Assembly: GCA_024405215.1 (NCBI GenBank)
Contig: JAKSPB010000017.1
Coordinates: 15 to 64,014, forward strand
DNA: 64,000 nt
Reading direction: 5' to 3'
From: Lentisphaeria bacterium
GTDB taxonomy: Bacteria; Verrucomicrobiota; Lentisphaeria; Oligosphaerales; Oligosphaeraceae
Below the pieces are notes generated by a model. The model saw nothing but the letters and a program-made list of their open reading frames with translations, ran no database searches and was not told where the DNA came from. The first letter of the stretch is position 1; each line of letters opens with the position of its first letter. Of the stretch, positions 45,984 through 56,211 are shown one piece after another. A program made the position numbers and the translations under genes.

Positions 45984-48900
45984 TTACTTCACCTGGAGGG
46001 TGGTTTCGGCGGCGTGTCCGGCGGCAAGCTCCGTGACCTGGATCTTCCAGGTGCCTGGGGCGTCGTTGGAAGCCGGGGCGATGGTGACGGTCAGCTTGCC
46101 GTCCTTTGCGGCATAGTATCCGCTGCCCTCGATAGTCGGGAAGCGTTCGTTGGAGGCGCTTTCGGGGGAGGTGACGGTGACTTTCACGGGAAGCACGGCA
46201 TCGGGATGATTGCCTTGTTCATCCGTGATGTCGATCTGGAAGGAGAACTCCTGCCCAAGTCGCGCGCTTTCCGGCGCGGAGACTGAGAGTTTCTGGACGG
46301 GGATGTCCGTCACCAGGAAGAGCTTTCCTTCGCCGGGGCCGAGCCGCACGGGGAAGGACTGCCCCTTTTCCGTGGACGCCGTGTCGGCCAGACGATGCTC
46401 CAGCAGATCATAGACGTATCCTTTGCGGAAGATATCCACGGTTCCTTCGTTGGGCATGCCGTCTTCCATGCAGAGCCTGTATTGTCCGATGTAGTTCCCG
46501 TATGTGCGTTTGTCATTGATGACGAAGAGGTAATCCGAAGTGCCGCATTGTCGCATCCGGCCTACGAGATCCGGATTGGAGGTCCGGAAAGGCGTGTCGA
46601 GATAGGGATCCAGGGCTTTCCGCAGTTCGGCGCCCATTGCTTGCAGGTGAGCCTTGTCCACGTCGTTGCCTTTCGTGCGCACGTAGGTGGGCATGACATA
46701 GTCGGGCAGGATGGCGGGGCAGAGCGTCTCGTCGGCGACGACGATTCCGCCGCGCTTCTGGAAGCGATGGATCTCCTCTACGACCTTCTTCGTGAGGACG
46801 GCGCAGTTCGGCATGACCAGCACATCGTACTGGTCCAGGCCGTTCTTGCGGATGGTCTCATCGAAGACGACCCGCGGCTGGTATCCGGCCCATTGGAGGA
46901 CCAGATGCGTGTCCGCCTCCCAGGAATCGCTCCATCCCCAGGAGCCGCAGAGCGTGAATACCTGCGAGGCGAAGCTCTCCAGGAAGGCGATGTTCGCCTT
47001 ACGGTCGCCGACCTCCAGGAGCATGGGCCCGAAGGGCTGGACGACCCGGCGGGTTAGCTGGGCCAGGCGGATTTTAGTGTCCGGATTGGTGTAGCGGTAG
47101 ACGCTGGGAAAACGGGCTTCCGTCAGGCTGCCCCAGCCGTGATACATGATGCCGCGGACAGGACGCGCCAGCATGGACCAAAGGGCGATGCCCAGGTGGT
47201 CCGGGGCGATGGAGATGAATTTCGCCTCCGGCTCCCGTCGTTCCCATTCCGTGCGCCGGGCGGGATCCTGCGGCATCTTCTCGACGGGCGCGGTGCGGTA
47301 GCGGTACCAGATGATCTGGGTCATTTTCATCACCTTCTGGCCGGGCTTTCCCTCGGCCATGGCGAAGAGTTCGTCCGTGGCGTGTCCGATCTTGATGGGG
47401 TCTGGGTAGGAGTACGTCCATTGGGAGACCACGTCCACGTCGCCGCCGTTTCCCCAGAGGGACGGGGAGCGCACGGCGGGATCGAAGAAGGTCCAGATGT
47501 CGTCCCGTCCTTTGGATTTCAGGCCTTCGTTGACCAGCGAGTGGAGTTTGTTCCAGCCGTCGCCTTCCTTCCAGAACCAGGAGTAGAATTTCAGGTAGAT
47601 GTTGTCGTCGTCGACCACGCGGTTTTCCGGAAAATCCGGAATGAGGCGATAGTCAGTGCCGTTTTTTCCTTGAAGCGGAACGGGTAGGGAGGCTCCGATG
47701 GCCGCTTCCGCAGCCTTGATGGCCTCCTCTCGATAGGAGATGGCGCTGTTGTCCCGGACTTCAGAGTGAATGAGCGCGGAATCGGCGGAGAGCCATTCGC
47801 TGAACTGCCGGGCGACGGTGATTCCCGTATTCCTGACGAAGTTCTGGACACGCGGGTTGGTGGCGTCGATGTTGAGTCCCTTGGTGATGGGATTTCCCGT
47901 CTTGTCCAGGCGGAAATACTGCGGGGCAGTCAATTTCTGCCCTGCCCAGTTTGCGGGCTGGAGCCAGAGGGTGGTGTGGAGGCCGGCGCGGGCGCGTTCG
48001 TTGAGGAATTTCGCCTCCAGCGGAAAGCGCGTGTTCTCCTCCCGTGCGACGGGTGCGCCGGTATTCCAGTTGGCGTCATAACAGCCAACTAGTTCCAATT
48101 CATGGGTGAAGCCCATCTCCAGCAGGGCGTCGTAGTCTCTGGCGGTATTCCAGGAGACCACGGGCATGTAGGGGATGTCCCGGGGCATGACATCGTAGCG
48201 GTAAGTGCATTCAATGTCATGCTGGATTCCATCAAGTTCGTATGTCGCGCGGAAGGGGATTTCGTAGACGCCGGGCTTGCCGGTGGCATCCACGTCGAAT
48301 TCCCAGAGCTGGAAAGCGCCTTTCTCCAGGGATTCCAGATCGGCGATTTCCTTGCCGTCCTGGAAGAGTCGTAGATTGGTCATGGTGGTTCCGGAGGCGT
48401 TGTCGAAGCGGAGCCTGGCCTGGGGGAATTTGTCGAAGCGGTAGAAGACGCTCTTCCCTGGGGCGGCTTCCAGGATGGCGCGGATGGCGTAACGTTCGGG
48501 GATGCCCTGGTAGAGGGTGGCCTCCGTCAATTTTCCCGCCAGCGGGTTGTAGTTCCCGCAGGAGCGGTCGCCCAGGGTCAGTGCCGTGCTGTTCTGGGCG
48601 AGCGGGCCGCGGTCGGGCTGGTAGTCGTAGTGGATGCGCTGACCGTCCAGGTACATCGTGGTCTGTCCATCGCCATTGTAGGTGAAGGCGACTTGGTGCC
48701 AGGTGTCCGCCGGCAGAAGCTGTGGCTGGGTGACGAACTCGCGTGAGTTCTCTCCGAAGCCAAGCCACAGATGGAGCGCGTAGCTGTCCGTGCCCCGGCG
48801 TTCCCAATAGAGGCAGTATCCTGCATTGCCCTCCGGCTTGTCTGTTTCATACATGTAGATTTTCTTGTCCACCAGGAAGAAGAGCTTTCGTTGCATGGTG

Positions 48901-49241
48901 TTGGCGACACCATCAAAGGCGAACCATGTCTCGAAGGCGAAGGGCATCTGGGGAATCAGTTCGGGAGAGGAATTGACGCGAAGGCCGCCTGCGACGTTTG
49001 GGGCGGTGTCGCCAGTGCAGGACGCAAGGGCGGCCTTTCCCGGTGCGTATTCTTCCACCGTCGCGTTGGTCTGGAAGGCACCTTTCAAGGCGGACGGACC
49101 GTCGTCTTGTGCAGGGGCCTTTCCGTCAAGATCCCAGTGGGCGATGACGGTGGCGCCATCGGGCTGCGGGGGCAGGGGGAGTTGCTGGGCCCTCAGGGCG
49201 GCGACGGTCAGAAGAGGGAGAATCAAAAGAGCGCATTTCAT
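45984..49241 (-). CDS. Exported LamG (concanavalin A-like) domain protein, putative glycan-active enzyme
   Basis: Signal peptide MKCALLILPLLTVAALRAQ. LamG-like region FAFETWFAFDG...WHQVAFTYNGDGQTTMYLDG...LAGKLTEATLYQG. The large C-terminal region has no motif I can name. Confidence 0.55.
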   Translation of the reverse strand: MKCALLILPLLTVAALRAQQLPLPPQPDGATVIAHWDLDGKAPAQDDGPSALKGAFQTNATVEEYAPGKAALASCTGDTAPNVAGGLRVNSSPELIPQMPFAFETWFAFDGVANTMQRKLFFLVDKKIYMYETDKPEGNAGYCLYWERRGTDSYALHLWLGFGENSREFVTQPQLLPADTWHQVAFTYNGDGQTTMYLDGQRIHYDYQPDRGPLAQNSTALTLGDRSCGNYNPLAGKLTEATLYQGIPERYAIRAILEAAPGKSVFYRFDKFPQARLRFDNASGTTMTNLRLFQDGKEIADLESLEKGAFQLWEFDVDATGKPGVYEIPFRATYELDGIQHDIECTYRYDVMPRDIPYMPVVSWNTARDYDALLEMGFTHELELVGCYDANWNTGAPVAREENTRFPLEAKFLNERARAGLHTTLWLQPANWAGQKLTAPQYFRLDKTGNPITKGLNIDATNPRVQNFVRNTGITVARQFSEWLSADSALIHSEVRDNSAISYREEAIKAAEAAIGASLPVPLQGKNGTDYRLIPDFPENRVVDDDNIYLKFYSWFWKEGDGWNKLHSLVNEGLKSKGRDDIWTFFDPAVRSPSLWGNGGDVDVVSQWTYSYPDPIKIGHATDELFAMAEGKPGQKVMKMTQIIWYRYRTAPVEKMPQDPARRTEWERREPEAKFISIAPDHLGIALWSMLARPVRGIMYHGWGSLTEARFPSVYRYTNPDTKIRLAQLTRRVVQPFGPMLLEVGDRKANIAFLESFASQVFTLCGSWGWSDSWEADTHLVLQWAGYQPRVVFDETIRKNGLDQYDVLVMPNCAVLTKKVVEEIHRFQKRGGIVVADETLCPAILPDYVMPTYVRTKGNDVDKAHLQAMGAELRKALDPYLDTPFRTSNPDLVGRMRQCGTSDYLFVINDKRTYGNYIGQYRLCMEDGMPNEGTVDIFRKGYVYDLLEHRLADTASTEKGQSFPVRLGPGEGKLFLVTDIPVQKLSVSAPESARLGQEFSFQIDITDEQGNHPDAVLPVKVTVTSPESASNERFPTIEGSGYYAAKDGKLTVTIAPASNDAPGTWKIQVTELAAGHAAETTLQVK

Positions 49242-49256
49242 ATTTTTATATCCTTC

Positions 49257-50261
49257 TTACTCCATGATCTGCAGCTGGATGGGGAGATAGATCCCACCTG
49301 CGAAGGCATCGTCGCGGACGCGGATGGTGACTTGGTTGGGTTCGCCCCAGCGGATTTCTTCGGTCACATCCAGGGAGAAGGGGATGTTCCAGCCGTCTGC
49401 CCCCAGGTCGTGATCTCCGATGAAGACGCCGTTGAGCCACACCCATGCGCATTCGTCCACGCCCTCGAAATGAAGTTCCGCTGCATTGAATTTCTCGGGT
49501 CTTTCCGGGGCCTGGAAGGTGCTGCGGTACCAGGCGTAGCCGTCATACTGGTGTCCCTGCTCCTCCCAGCTTTTCCCGATGGCGATGTCCATCCATTGGC
49601 TGTCGTCGAACTCCTTCCGGTGGCATCCGTTTCCCAGATGAAGATCCGCTGCCGGATCCAGCTGGAATTTCCAGCCATCCAGGGGCAGGGGATGTTCCGC
49701 CGTCATGGTCACTTCGTGATCCCAGTCCTTGCGGTCTTTCAGCAGGACGTTCTTCCGGTGGAAAGGCCAGATCGCCTGGGTGAGGAGCTGACGCATCTTC
49801 TTGTCCTTCTCCGTTTTCAGTAGGGTCTGCGCCAGGAGAGGGCGTTCCGGCGTCAAGGCTGGCGGCGAAAAATAGAAATCCGCCGCCAGCAGCCGGACGG
49901 CCGTTTTCTCGGAGTTCAGGCAGCGGGCCAGGAATGCCGCGTCCAACTTGCTTCCCTCACGCTGCCGGAGAGCCAGCAGCGCATTCTGGCAGACAAGGGA
50001 ATCCGGGTCCTGGAGGGTCAGCTCCTGAAGAAGCGCCGTCGCCTCTTCCCCTTGTTCTGCCAGAAGCCGGACGGCCGTCCTGCGGAGAATCGGGTCGTTC
50101 TCCGGGGAGAGCGCCTTCTGGAGCATCTCCATGGTGCAGGCGCCCTCGGAGGCTGCTTCGACCAGGGCTGCGCGAGTTTCGGCCACGGTTTCCGCTTGCA
50201 TGGCGCATGGAGCCAGAAGCATCGCGGTTGTCAGGAGATTCAGTAGGATTTTGGGGATCAT
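49257..50261 (-). CDS. Exported HEAT-repeat protein with C-terminal GH2-N-like galactose-binding domain
   Basis: Signal peptide MIPKILLNLLTTAMLLAPCAMQA. HEAT-like LRRTAVRLLAEQGEEATALL / LVCQNALLALRQ. The C-terminus WYRSTFQAPERPEKFNAAELHFEGVDECAWVWLNGVFIGDH resembles the GH2 sugar-binding domain. Confidence 0.55.
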   Translation of the reverse strand: MIPKILLNLLTTAMLLAPCAMQAETVAETRAALVEAASEGACTMEMLQKALSPENDPILRRTAVRLLAEQGEEATALLQELTLQDPDSLVCQNALLALRQREGSKLDAAFLARCLNSEKTAVRLLAADFYFSPPALTPERPLLAQTLLKTEKDKKMRQLLTQAIWPFHRKNVLLKDRKDWDHEVTMTAEHPLPLDGWKFQLDPAADLHLGNGCHRKEFDDSQWMDIAIGKSWEEQGHQYDGYAWYRSTFQAPERPEKFNAAELHFEGVDECAWVWLNGVFIGDHDLGADGWNIPFSLDVTEEIRWGEPNQVTIRVRDDAFAGGIYLPIQLQIME

Positions 50262-50702
50262 GAGGGAAAAGGGAGATACGATAGGGGATGGTTCACAAAG
50301 GGGGGCTTGAACCGGAAATGAACATTATCGGCGTCCAATCCGGCGATTCTGCATCGTCGCCAGCCTGGGCGGATAAGTGGAGGATTAGGATTATGGAATC
50401 CCGTTCTGAATGCGGGGGACGAAAGAGACTTTTGCAATTGCCTCAAGCGGGGAAAGCTTATGGTCGGGATGTAATGTAAACCAACATTCGCGAAGTTCCG
50501 ACATCCCGGAAGACTTCCTGTCGTTTCGGATGCCGCGGTGATGGGCTTGCTTGTGCGCCGCGGACAATCCACTGGCGGGAGAAACGCGTATGGCAATGAT
50601 TTTGACGCCGTTTCTTTCAACCTGGCCGTTTATGTCGTGGGGCGGTTGTGAAAATAACCTGTGATTTTGAATCTACAGCGACAAGTACTTGCATTTGTGG
50701 GT

Positions 50703-50729
50703 GAAAAGACAGGGAGAATGCCTGTCCCA
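50703..50729 (-). terminator. Intrinsic terminator after the GNAT gene
   Basis: The minus strand reads gggacagg-cattctc-cctgtc followed by ttttcac. Stems are at 50708-50713 and 50721-50726. Confidence 0.55.
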
Positions 50730-50737
50730 AAGGAAAG

Positions 50738-51706
50738 TCATTCTCCGTTTGTCTTTTTGAAGCGTGGTCCCTCGACGCCCATGCCGCATGGAATGAAATC
50801 AAGTCTTGCCAAGATTTTCTGAGAGGCGATATTGCCAGGGGCTGTTTCCGCGTCAACCGTCGTGACCTCGGAAAAGGAAAACGCCCATTGAATGACGGTT
50901 CGGACGGCTTCCGTCATGTAGCCGTGCCCTTCAAAGCCTGGTTCCAGTCCATAGCCGATTTCGACTGCGCCATCCACGGCAGGTCCTCTGAAGCCAAGTT
51001 CGCCGATGATTTCCGTCGGTTTGTCCGCCAACGAGATTTTCCATGGCGCATACCAGACGCGGTGCTCAGGTTCTTTGAGACAGGCGTCCATCATTTCCTG
51101 AAATGCCTGACGCAGTTCTGGAACTTCCTGCTTCCGGATAGTTTCCTGCAGTTCATCCAGTTGCATTGGCGCAATGATCAGGCGTTCGGATTTCAGAGAA
51201 AATGAATCCTGTTCGTGCACATACATTCTTGACGGCTTCTCTGCTCCATCTCCCCATACCAGGCAATGGAATTTCCAACCATGGCGTTCGTAAAAGCCCG
51301 TATGGTCTGTAAGGAGGTAAAGCGTATCAACTCCATGTGAATGCATATCTTCGCAGACAAGGTCGAGCAGTTTTCCTGCGATGCCGCGGCTGCGGTACTC
51401 GGGTTCGGTATAGACGGCGCAGACATTCGGCCTCAGATCCTTTCGTTCATGGAAGTCATTTGCAATGACGCCCATTCCAGCCACGATTCTGCCGTTTTCC
51501 AGACAGACATACCAGCTTGGAACAATTGCGGCAAATGAACTCTCAATGCTCTCCAGATAGGATTCCAATGGCACATCCCATTTGGAGGCAAACCATTCTG
51601 CCGCCTTTCCCTTCAACTCTCTGCGTTGGGAAAGCTTGACGAATTCACAGGACATGGTATTCATTTCTTCTTGAACGTAACGGGAGGATATGACGTTTGC
51701 ATTCAT
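50738..51706 (-). CDS. Tandem-domain GNAT family N-acyltransferase
   Basis: First GNAT domain VCAVYTEPEYRSRGIAGKLLDLV...FYERHGWKF. Second, RimJ/RimL-like domain VEIGYGLEPGFEGHGYMTEAVRTVIQWAF...NIASQKILARLDF. An alternative start is at 51664. Confidence 0.8.
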   Translation of the reverse strand: MNANVISSRYVQEEMNTMSCEFVKLSQRRELKGKAAEWFASKWDVPLESYLESIESSFAAIVPSWYVCLENGRIVAGMGVIANDFHERKDLRPNVCAVYTEPEYRSRGIAGKLLDLVCEDMHSHGVDTLYLLTDHTGFYERHGWKFHCLVWGDGAEKPSRMYVHEQDSFSLKSERLIIAPMQLDELQETIRKQEVPELRQAFQEMMDACLKEPEHRVWYAPWKISLADKPTEIIGELGFRGPAVDGAVEIGYGLEPGFEGHGYMTEAVRTVIQWAFSFSEVTTVDAETAPGNIASQKILARLDFIPCGMGVEGPRFKKTNGE

Positions 51707-51857
51707 TTGCTTGCCTGCGTCGAATTCCGCCCGTTTTCAGCGACGGAAAGCCTCCAGGTCCTCTTCGTGGCGGCAGGACAAGCTGGCATCGGGAGACAAT
51801 CAGTCGCTGGTTCATTCCTGCAGGAGCATATTCCACCTGCGAGGCATCGGCGGCCTA

Positions 51858-53012
51858 TCATTCCTTCAGTTTTGCGGAGACTTCCTTGAAGATGTCGATC
51901 ATTTTTTCTTCATAGATGACATCCAGCACCGGCGGCTCGAAATTCAGCACCGCTTCGTATTCCTGGCTGGCATCATTGATCAGCTGGAGGATTCCCGTGC
52001 CGGTCTTGACGGTATTGTAGGTATTCTGGGCTACCGCGATTTTGCTTGCGACCTTTTCCTGGGATTGGGCCAGTTCGTCCTTTTTCGTCAGCAGAATGCG
52101 ATTGCAGGTGTCTGCGACGCGGATAGTATTGTCGTTGATGCGGATGTTCGCCTCAAGTCCGGCGCGCTCATTGGGATTGGTCTTGATCAGTTGCTGGGCC
52201 TCCTCCTGGTTCTTGACAGCCTGTGCGCGCAGCTTCTGCAATTTCGGCAGATAGTTTTTGGAGATGTTGTCCAAAGCGACCTCATGTGCTTCATTCCATG
52301 CCATCAGCAGCACAAGATAGATGCCGGTATATTGTTCGATCTGCGCTCCGTTGCCAGAACCGCCGCGTTCAAGTTGCTGCTTGATGGCAAACTGAATCTG
52401 CTTGAGGATATTGGCGGTGTTGATAAGCTGAAGGACATTTTCGCCCTCGGCGGAAACGATGAGGTAATCCAAGTACTTCTCGTCGATGATTTCGCCGTAG
52501 CGGTTCAGATCTCTTCGCAGTTCAATTGCTTTGGTCTTGATTGCGCGTTCGTATTCCCCGTTGCGTTGAGTGAGTTCGGCGATTTTCTTGTCGCATTTGT
52601 CGCGAGTCATGGCGAAGGGATTCGATGAGTCGTTGGGATAGCCAAGACGGTTGGCGTTCAAATTGTCGATTTCCGTCTGATTAGCGGCTGTCTTGTTCTG
52701 CAAATCCTTGATTTCATTGAACTTCTGCAATCCGGCATCAGAGGCGATGATTTCAAAGGCCTTTCTTGCAAAGGATTTTGTGTGGCGCTTGAAGAAGGTC
52801 TCGTCGTGGCCGGCAACGACATCAGGGAACTCCTGACGCAAATTCGAGAGTTTCTGCCAGCATTTTCCAAAGGCATCGCCGTCGATATCGTAGGCGAGTC
52901 GTGCCTCCGGAGCAGCGGGGGCAACCGGAGTGGCCGCATTGACGGAATCTGTGAGCATGCAGCCGTTCATGAGTAATCCGGCAATGGTCAAAAGGCAAAG
53001 AAGTTTTTTCAT
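51858..53012 (-). CDS. Exported (possibly lipid-anchored) coiled-coil protein of unknown function
   Basis: Signal peptide MKKLLCLLTIAGLLMNGC. The rest is Lys/Glu/Gln-rich with heptad-like stretches. No recognisable catalytic motif. A+T-richer than the window average. Confidence 0.6.
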   Translation of the reverse strand: MKKLLCLLTIAGLLMNGCMLTDSVNAATPVAPAAPEARLAYDIDGDAFGKCWQKLSNLRQEFPDVVAGHDETFFKRHTKSFARKAFEIIASDAGLQKFNEIKDLQNKTAANQTEIDNLNANRLGYPNDSSNPFAMTRDKCDKKIAELTQRNGEYERAIKTKAIELRRDLNRYGEIIDEKYLDYLIVSAEGENVLQLINTANILKQIQFAIKQQLERGGSGNGAQIEQYTGIYLVLLMAWNEAHEVALDNISKNYLPKLQKLRAQAVKNQEEAQQLIKTNPNERAGLEANIRINDNTIRVADTCNRILLTKKDELAQSQEKVASKIAVAQNTYNTVKTGTGILQLINDASQEYEAVLNFEPPVLDVIYEEKMIDIFKEVSAKLKE

Positions 53013-53526
53013 GGTGGCAGATGTATGGGAAGTGTATTGTAGAAATCAACCAGGGGAGGAATACGATATTCCGTTGGAAAAACATTCGCGGAAGTTTTGC
53101 ATCGGTTTGCCTGGCGGAATTCTTGGCGGCAAATCGTCAGGTTGCCATAGGGAGTGCAAATAATTTCCTGGAAGTCGTTCATTCCGATCGCAACGGAACT
53201 GTCACGGGCATAAAATAATCTGCGAATCAAATTCTTGCCACGGCAAGTCCTGCTCTTTATGGATGGTTCGGAAAATGTTCGGCGAGATAGAAGGCTCCCG
53301 TGCACATGCGCAATATGCTTATGTCATTTTTGCATCAACGACTTACATGGCGATTCCAGGAAATGTCCTTTCATATGCCCCGGCAGCCGTTGTAGAAATT
53401 ATGCAGAGTCCTGTATCTTTTCCCTTCCTGGCAAAGGGGCACGTTTCCGGACATGCTGGAACTATCTGCGACACATTTCCAGAAAAGCTTTGCAGCCTCC
53501 ATGCCTCCGTCCATCCGTTTTGCCAT

Positions 53527-56037
53527 TCATTTTGCCTCCTGCATTGAAAGCAATGCCTCTTGCACTTGTTCTGCTGTATTTTTGCACAGTTGTCTCTCTT
53601 CTGTCCTGCCGTCCGGGACCAAAGGAGCAAGGAAGCGGACGGCCACTTTTTTTCCGAACCTTGGTATTTTCGCCCACCTTGGCAGAACATCGTAGGCGCC
53701 CCGGATGGCGACGGGGACGACGGGAACGCCCGTTTTAAGAGCCAGTTGCGCAAACATCGGGCGGAACTCGCCGAGGCTTCCGTCCATGGTGCGGGTTCCT
53801 TCGGGGAAAATGACGACGGACTTGCCAGCGCGCAGAATCGCCTCCAGCTGTTCCAGCGACTGATGGAGATTGCCGTTGATTTCCATGGGGATCAAATTAT
53901 GCCGTGCGGCGAACCAGCGTTTGAAAGTGCCGTCGAAGTATTTTGAAATGGCAAAGAAATAGGTATTCCTGAACTGGCTGCCGGTCATTGCGCTGGCAAG
54001 GTAGAAGCCGTCAAGCAGGCTTTCGTGATTCGGGGCGAAGATGCAAGGCTTTGCGAGAATGTTCTCGGTTCCCTCAATGACCAGCCGTGAAAGAATGCGC
54101 ATGCCTGCCGAAATGATCAAGCGCATTCCGCCGTGAGTCCAGGCTGCGGAATGACAGGGAACTGCCCGTGCGGTATGTTGTTGATAGCCTGTGTCTCCGT
54201 GCATGGAATCCAATGCTTCAGCAAGCAAGCGCCCCGTGGGATATTTGGCGAGCAGGCTCATGTCTATTTCCCTGCCAAGTTCTTTGCCCAATGCAGAGGC
54301 AGTCGCCACCTTGCCCAGGGAATCCAGATTCAGTTCCAGTTCGAAATGCTCGTCAGGGCCGACTGCGGGGCGTCCGATGACTTCCGCCAGGCATTGGCAG
54401 ATTTTCCTTTCAAGCGTAGAGGAGAAAACGACTTGTTTCTGTTCGACGCGTCTGTCCTTTTCCTGCCCCTGCAATCCGTTTTGCAGGAACTGGCGTATGA
54501 CATGCCGCCGAAGTTTGCCGAGACGCGTGCGCGGAAGCGGCCGGTCGCTCAATTCCAGCCGCGCGATTCGCTTATAGGACGGAACAGCTTCGTTATAGGG
54601 TTCGATGACCTTGTCCATGAATGTCTGCTTGATGTTGAGCACCCCGCGGGCGGCCAGGGCCTCCGTGTCCGGAACGAGAATGGCGACAAGATGATGATTG
54701 TCGTCGGAGACCGCGCACTCGGTGAACATCCCGTCTGCATATTCCATTAGCTTCTGCTCCAGCTCGGCCGGATTGATGTTCTTGCCGTTGCCGAGGATGA
54801 TCAGCTCCTTGCTGCGCCCGGTAAGGAACAGAAAACCGTCCTTGTCCACATATCCGAGATCTCCAGTATGCAGCCAGCCCTCCGAATCGATGATTTGCGC
54901 AGTTTCCTCCGGACGGTTGTAGTACCCCTTCATGACGTTTTTGCCCCGGACCAGAACCTCGCCGTTCTGTATGCGGATTTCATTGCAGGGGATGGGCTTT
55001 CCCGGAGAACCTGGCTTGTGGCGGTCAGGCGGCGTGAAGGAAATCATGGGAGCTGTCTCCGTCATGCCGTATCCCTCCAGCAGATGGAAGCCCATGGCAT
55101 AGAAATCGCGTGTGACCTGGGGATCTGCCGCTGCGCCTCCCGATGCGATGTATCGGATATGCCCGCCAAAGGCCTCCTGTATCTTTTTGAACAGGAACCT
55201 GGAAAAACGAAGCGAACCGATGGCTGCCGACAGGGACAGCATGAAACGTCCGAAGCGCACATCCTGAATCTTCTTCAGCATGGAATTGCGGAAGATTTCA
55301 AGCAGGCGCGGAACACCGATGATGAACGTGCACTGGTTTTGACGAAGAGCGGAAATGATGGCGTTGCCGGTCAGGCTTGAAGCGAAGACCGCCGTTGCCC
55401 CGATGGTCATGGGCATGACAAGGCTTCCCATCAGCGGATAGGAATGATGAAGCGGCAATGCCACAAGCACTTTGTCCTCGGGGATGAAGACTTCTGTCTG
55501 AACCGTGCAGGCTTCCGCGTTTGCCCTCAGATTGCCGAAGGTCAGCATAACACCCTTGGGGGTGCCTGTCGTGCCGGACGTGTAGATGATCAATGCCGTG
55601 TCTTCATCTGGGGATTCTTCAGAGAATGGGAATGGAAAAGCCTCCGCAGGGGGCTCGAGAAAATGCCGTTGCTGCTCAAGAATCAGAAACGACGGCGATG
55701 CAGTTTCAGTTAAATTGGTCGCCTCCTGCACTTTTGCCTCGGAGGCGGCGTCCGTAAAGACCGCAATTGGAGAACAATCCTGAAAGATATACGCAATTTC
55801 CTCTGACGTAGACATATAGTCGATAGGAACCGCGACAAGCCCCGCATGCCAGACGGCATAGAGGGCAAGAACCCATTCCGGCGAATTGGCACCGATGACG
55901 GCTATGCGTTCACCCGGAGCATGCTCTTTGCGCAGCGCGTCGCCAAGAGAAGATATGCCATGCAGCAGATTTTTGTAGTGAATGCGCCTGTCATTACACA
56001 CCAGGGCGGTCTTGTCAAAATACTTCAGCCATTTCAT
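53527..56037 (-). CDS. Tri-domain fusion: acyl-AMP ligase (adenylation) - phosphopantetheine carrier - PlsC-type lysophospholipid acyltransferase
   Basis: IYTSGTTGTPKGVMLT and GWLHTGDLGYVDKDGFLFLTGRSKELI (AMP-binding). ELELNLDSLGKVA (carrier Ser). FAPNHESLLDG (HX4D) and VIFPEGTRT (LPLAT blocks). RBS aggagac lies before the ATG. Confidence 0.85.
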   Translation of the reverse strand: MKWLKYFDKTALVCNDRRIHYKNLLHGISSLGDALRKEHAPGERIAVIGANSPEWVLALYAVWHAGLVAVPIDYMSTSEEIAYIFQDCSPIAVFTDAASEAKVQEATNLTETASPSFLILEQQRHFLEPPAEAFPFPFSEESPDEDTALIIYTSGTTGTPKGVMLTFGNLRANAEACTVQTEVFIPEDKVLVALPLHHSYPLMGSLVMPMTIGATAVFASSLTGNAIISALRQNQCTFIIGVPRLLEIFRNSMLKKIQDVRFGRFMLSLSAAIGSLRFSRFLFKKIQEAFGGHIRYIASGGAAADPQVTRDFYAMGFHLLEGYGMTETAPMISFTPPDRHKPGSPGKPIPCNEIRIQNGEVLVRGKNVMKGYYNRPEETAQIIDSEGWLHTGDLGYVDKDGFLFLTGRSKELIILGNGKNINPAELEQKLMEYADGMFTECAVSDDNHHLVAILVPDTEALAARGVLNIKQTFMDKVIEPYNEAVPSYKRIARLELSDRPLPRTRLGKLRRHVIRQFLQNGLQGQEKDRRVEQKQVVFSSTLERKICQCLAEVIGRPAVGPDEHFELELNLDSLGKVATASALGKELGREIDMSLLAKYPTGRLLAEALDSMHGDTGYQQHTARAVPCHSAAWTHGGMRLIISAGMRILSRLVIEGTENILAKPCIFAPNHESLLDGFYLASAMTGSQFRNTYFFAISKYFDGTFKRWFAARHNLIPMEINGNLHQSLEQLEAILRAGKSVVIFPEGTRTMDGSLGEFRPMFAQLALKTGVPVVPVAIRGAYDVLPRWAKIPRFGKKVAVRFLAPLVPDGRTEERQLCKNTAEQVQEALLSMQEAK

Positions 56038-56091
56038 TCTTGAAAGTCTCCTGTCTGCTTAGGGTGCGGGATTGACGGAATAATTTTTCAT

Positions 56092-56107
56092 AGCAAATTC
56101 TGTTCCA
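56092..56107 (-). promoter_or_regulatory. Candidate sigma-54 (-24/-12) promoter for the fusion gene
   Basis: The minus strand reads TGGAAC-agaat-TTGCT. The consensus is TGGCAC-N5-TTGCW, so the GG and GC dinucleotides are correctly spaced with one mismatch. It sits about 55 nt upstream of the ATG at 56037, with an enhancer-binding-protein (EBP) gene adjacent and divergent. Confidence 0.55.
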
Positions 56108-56211
56108 TTTTCATTTCTGGGGAAAATCCGTGGACGAAGTGGAAAAATGAGCATAAATGTATATATTAAACGAGCAAAAATCAACACCATTTGCAGGATA
56201 AGGAATGATAT

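Noticed and set aside
50258-50620. 120-aa minus-strand ORF in the 476-bp gap between the HEAT/GH2-N gene and the GNAT gene.
   Set aside because: It has no RBS-like sequence, a Pro/Arg/Ser-rich composition and no recognisable domain. It would start inside a gap and overlap the upstream gene's start region. It is treated as non-coding.
53235-53738. Plus-strand ORFs 53235..53738 (167 aa), 53263..53547 and 53453..53695.
   Set aside because: They run antisense into the 3' end of the well-supported fusion gene. They are Cys/Pro/Arg/Leu-rich with no motifs, and they are mutually overlapping alternatives.
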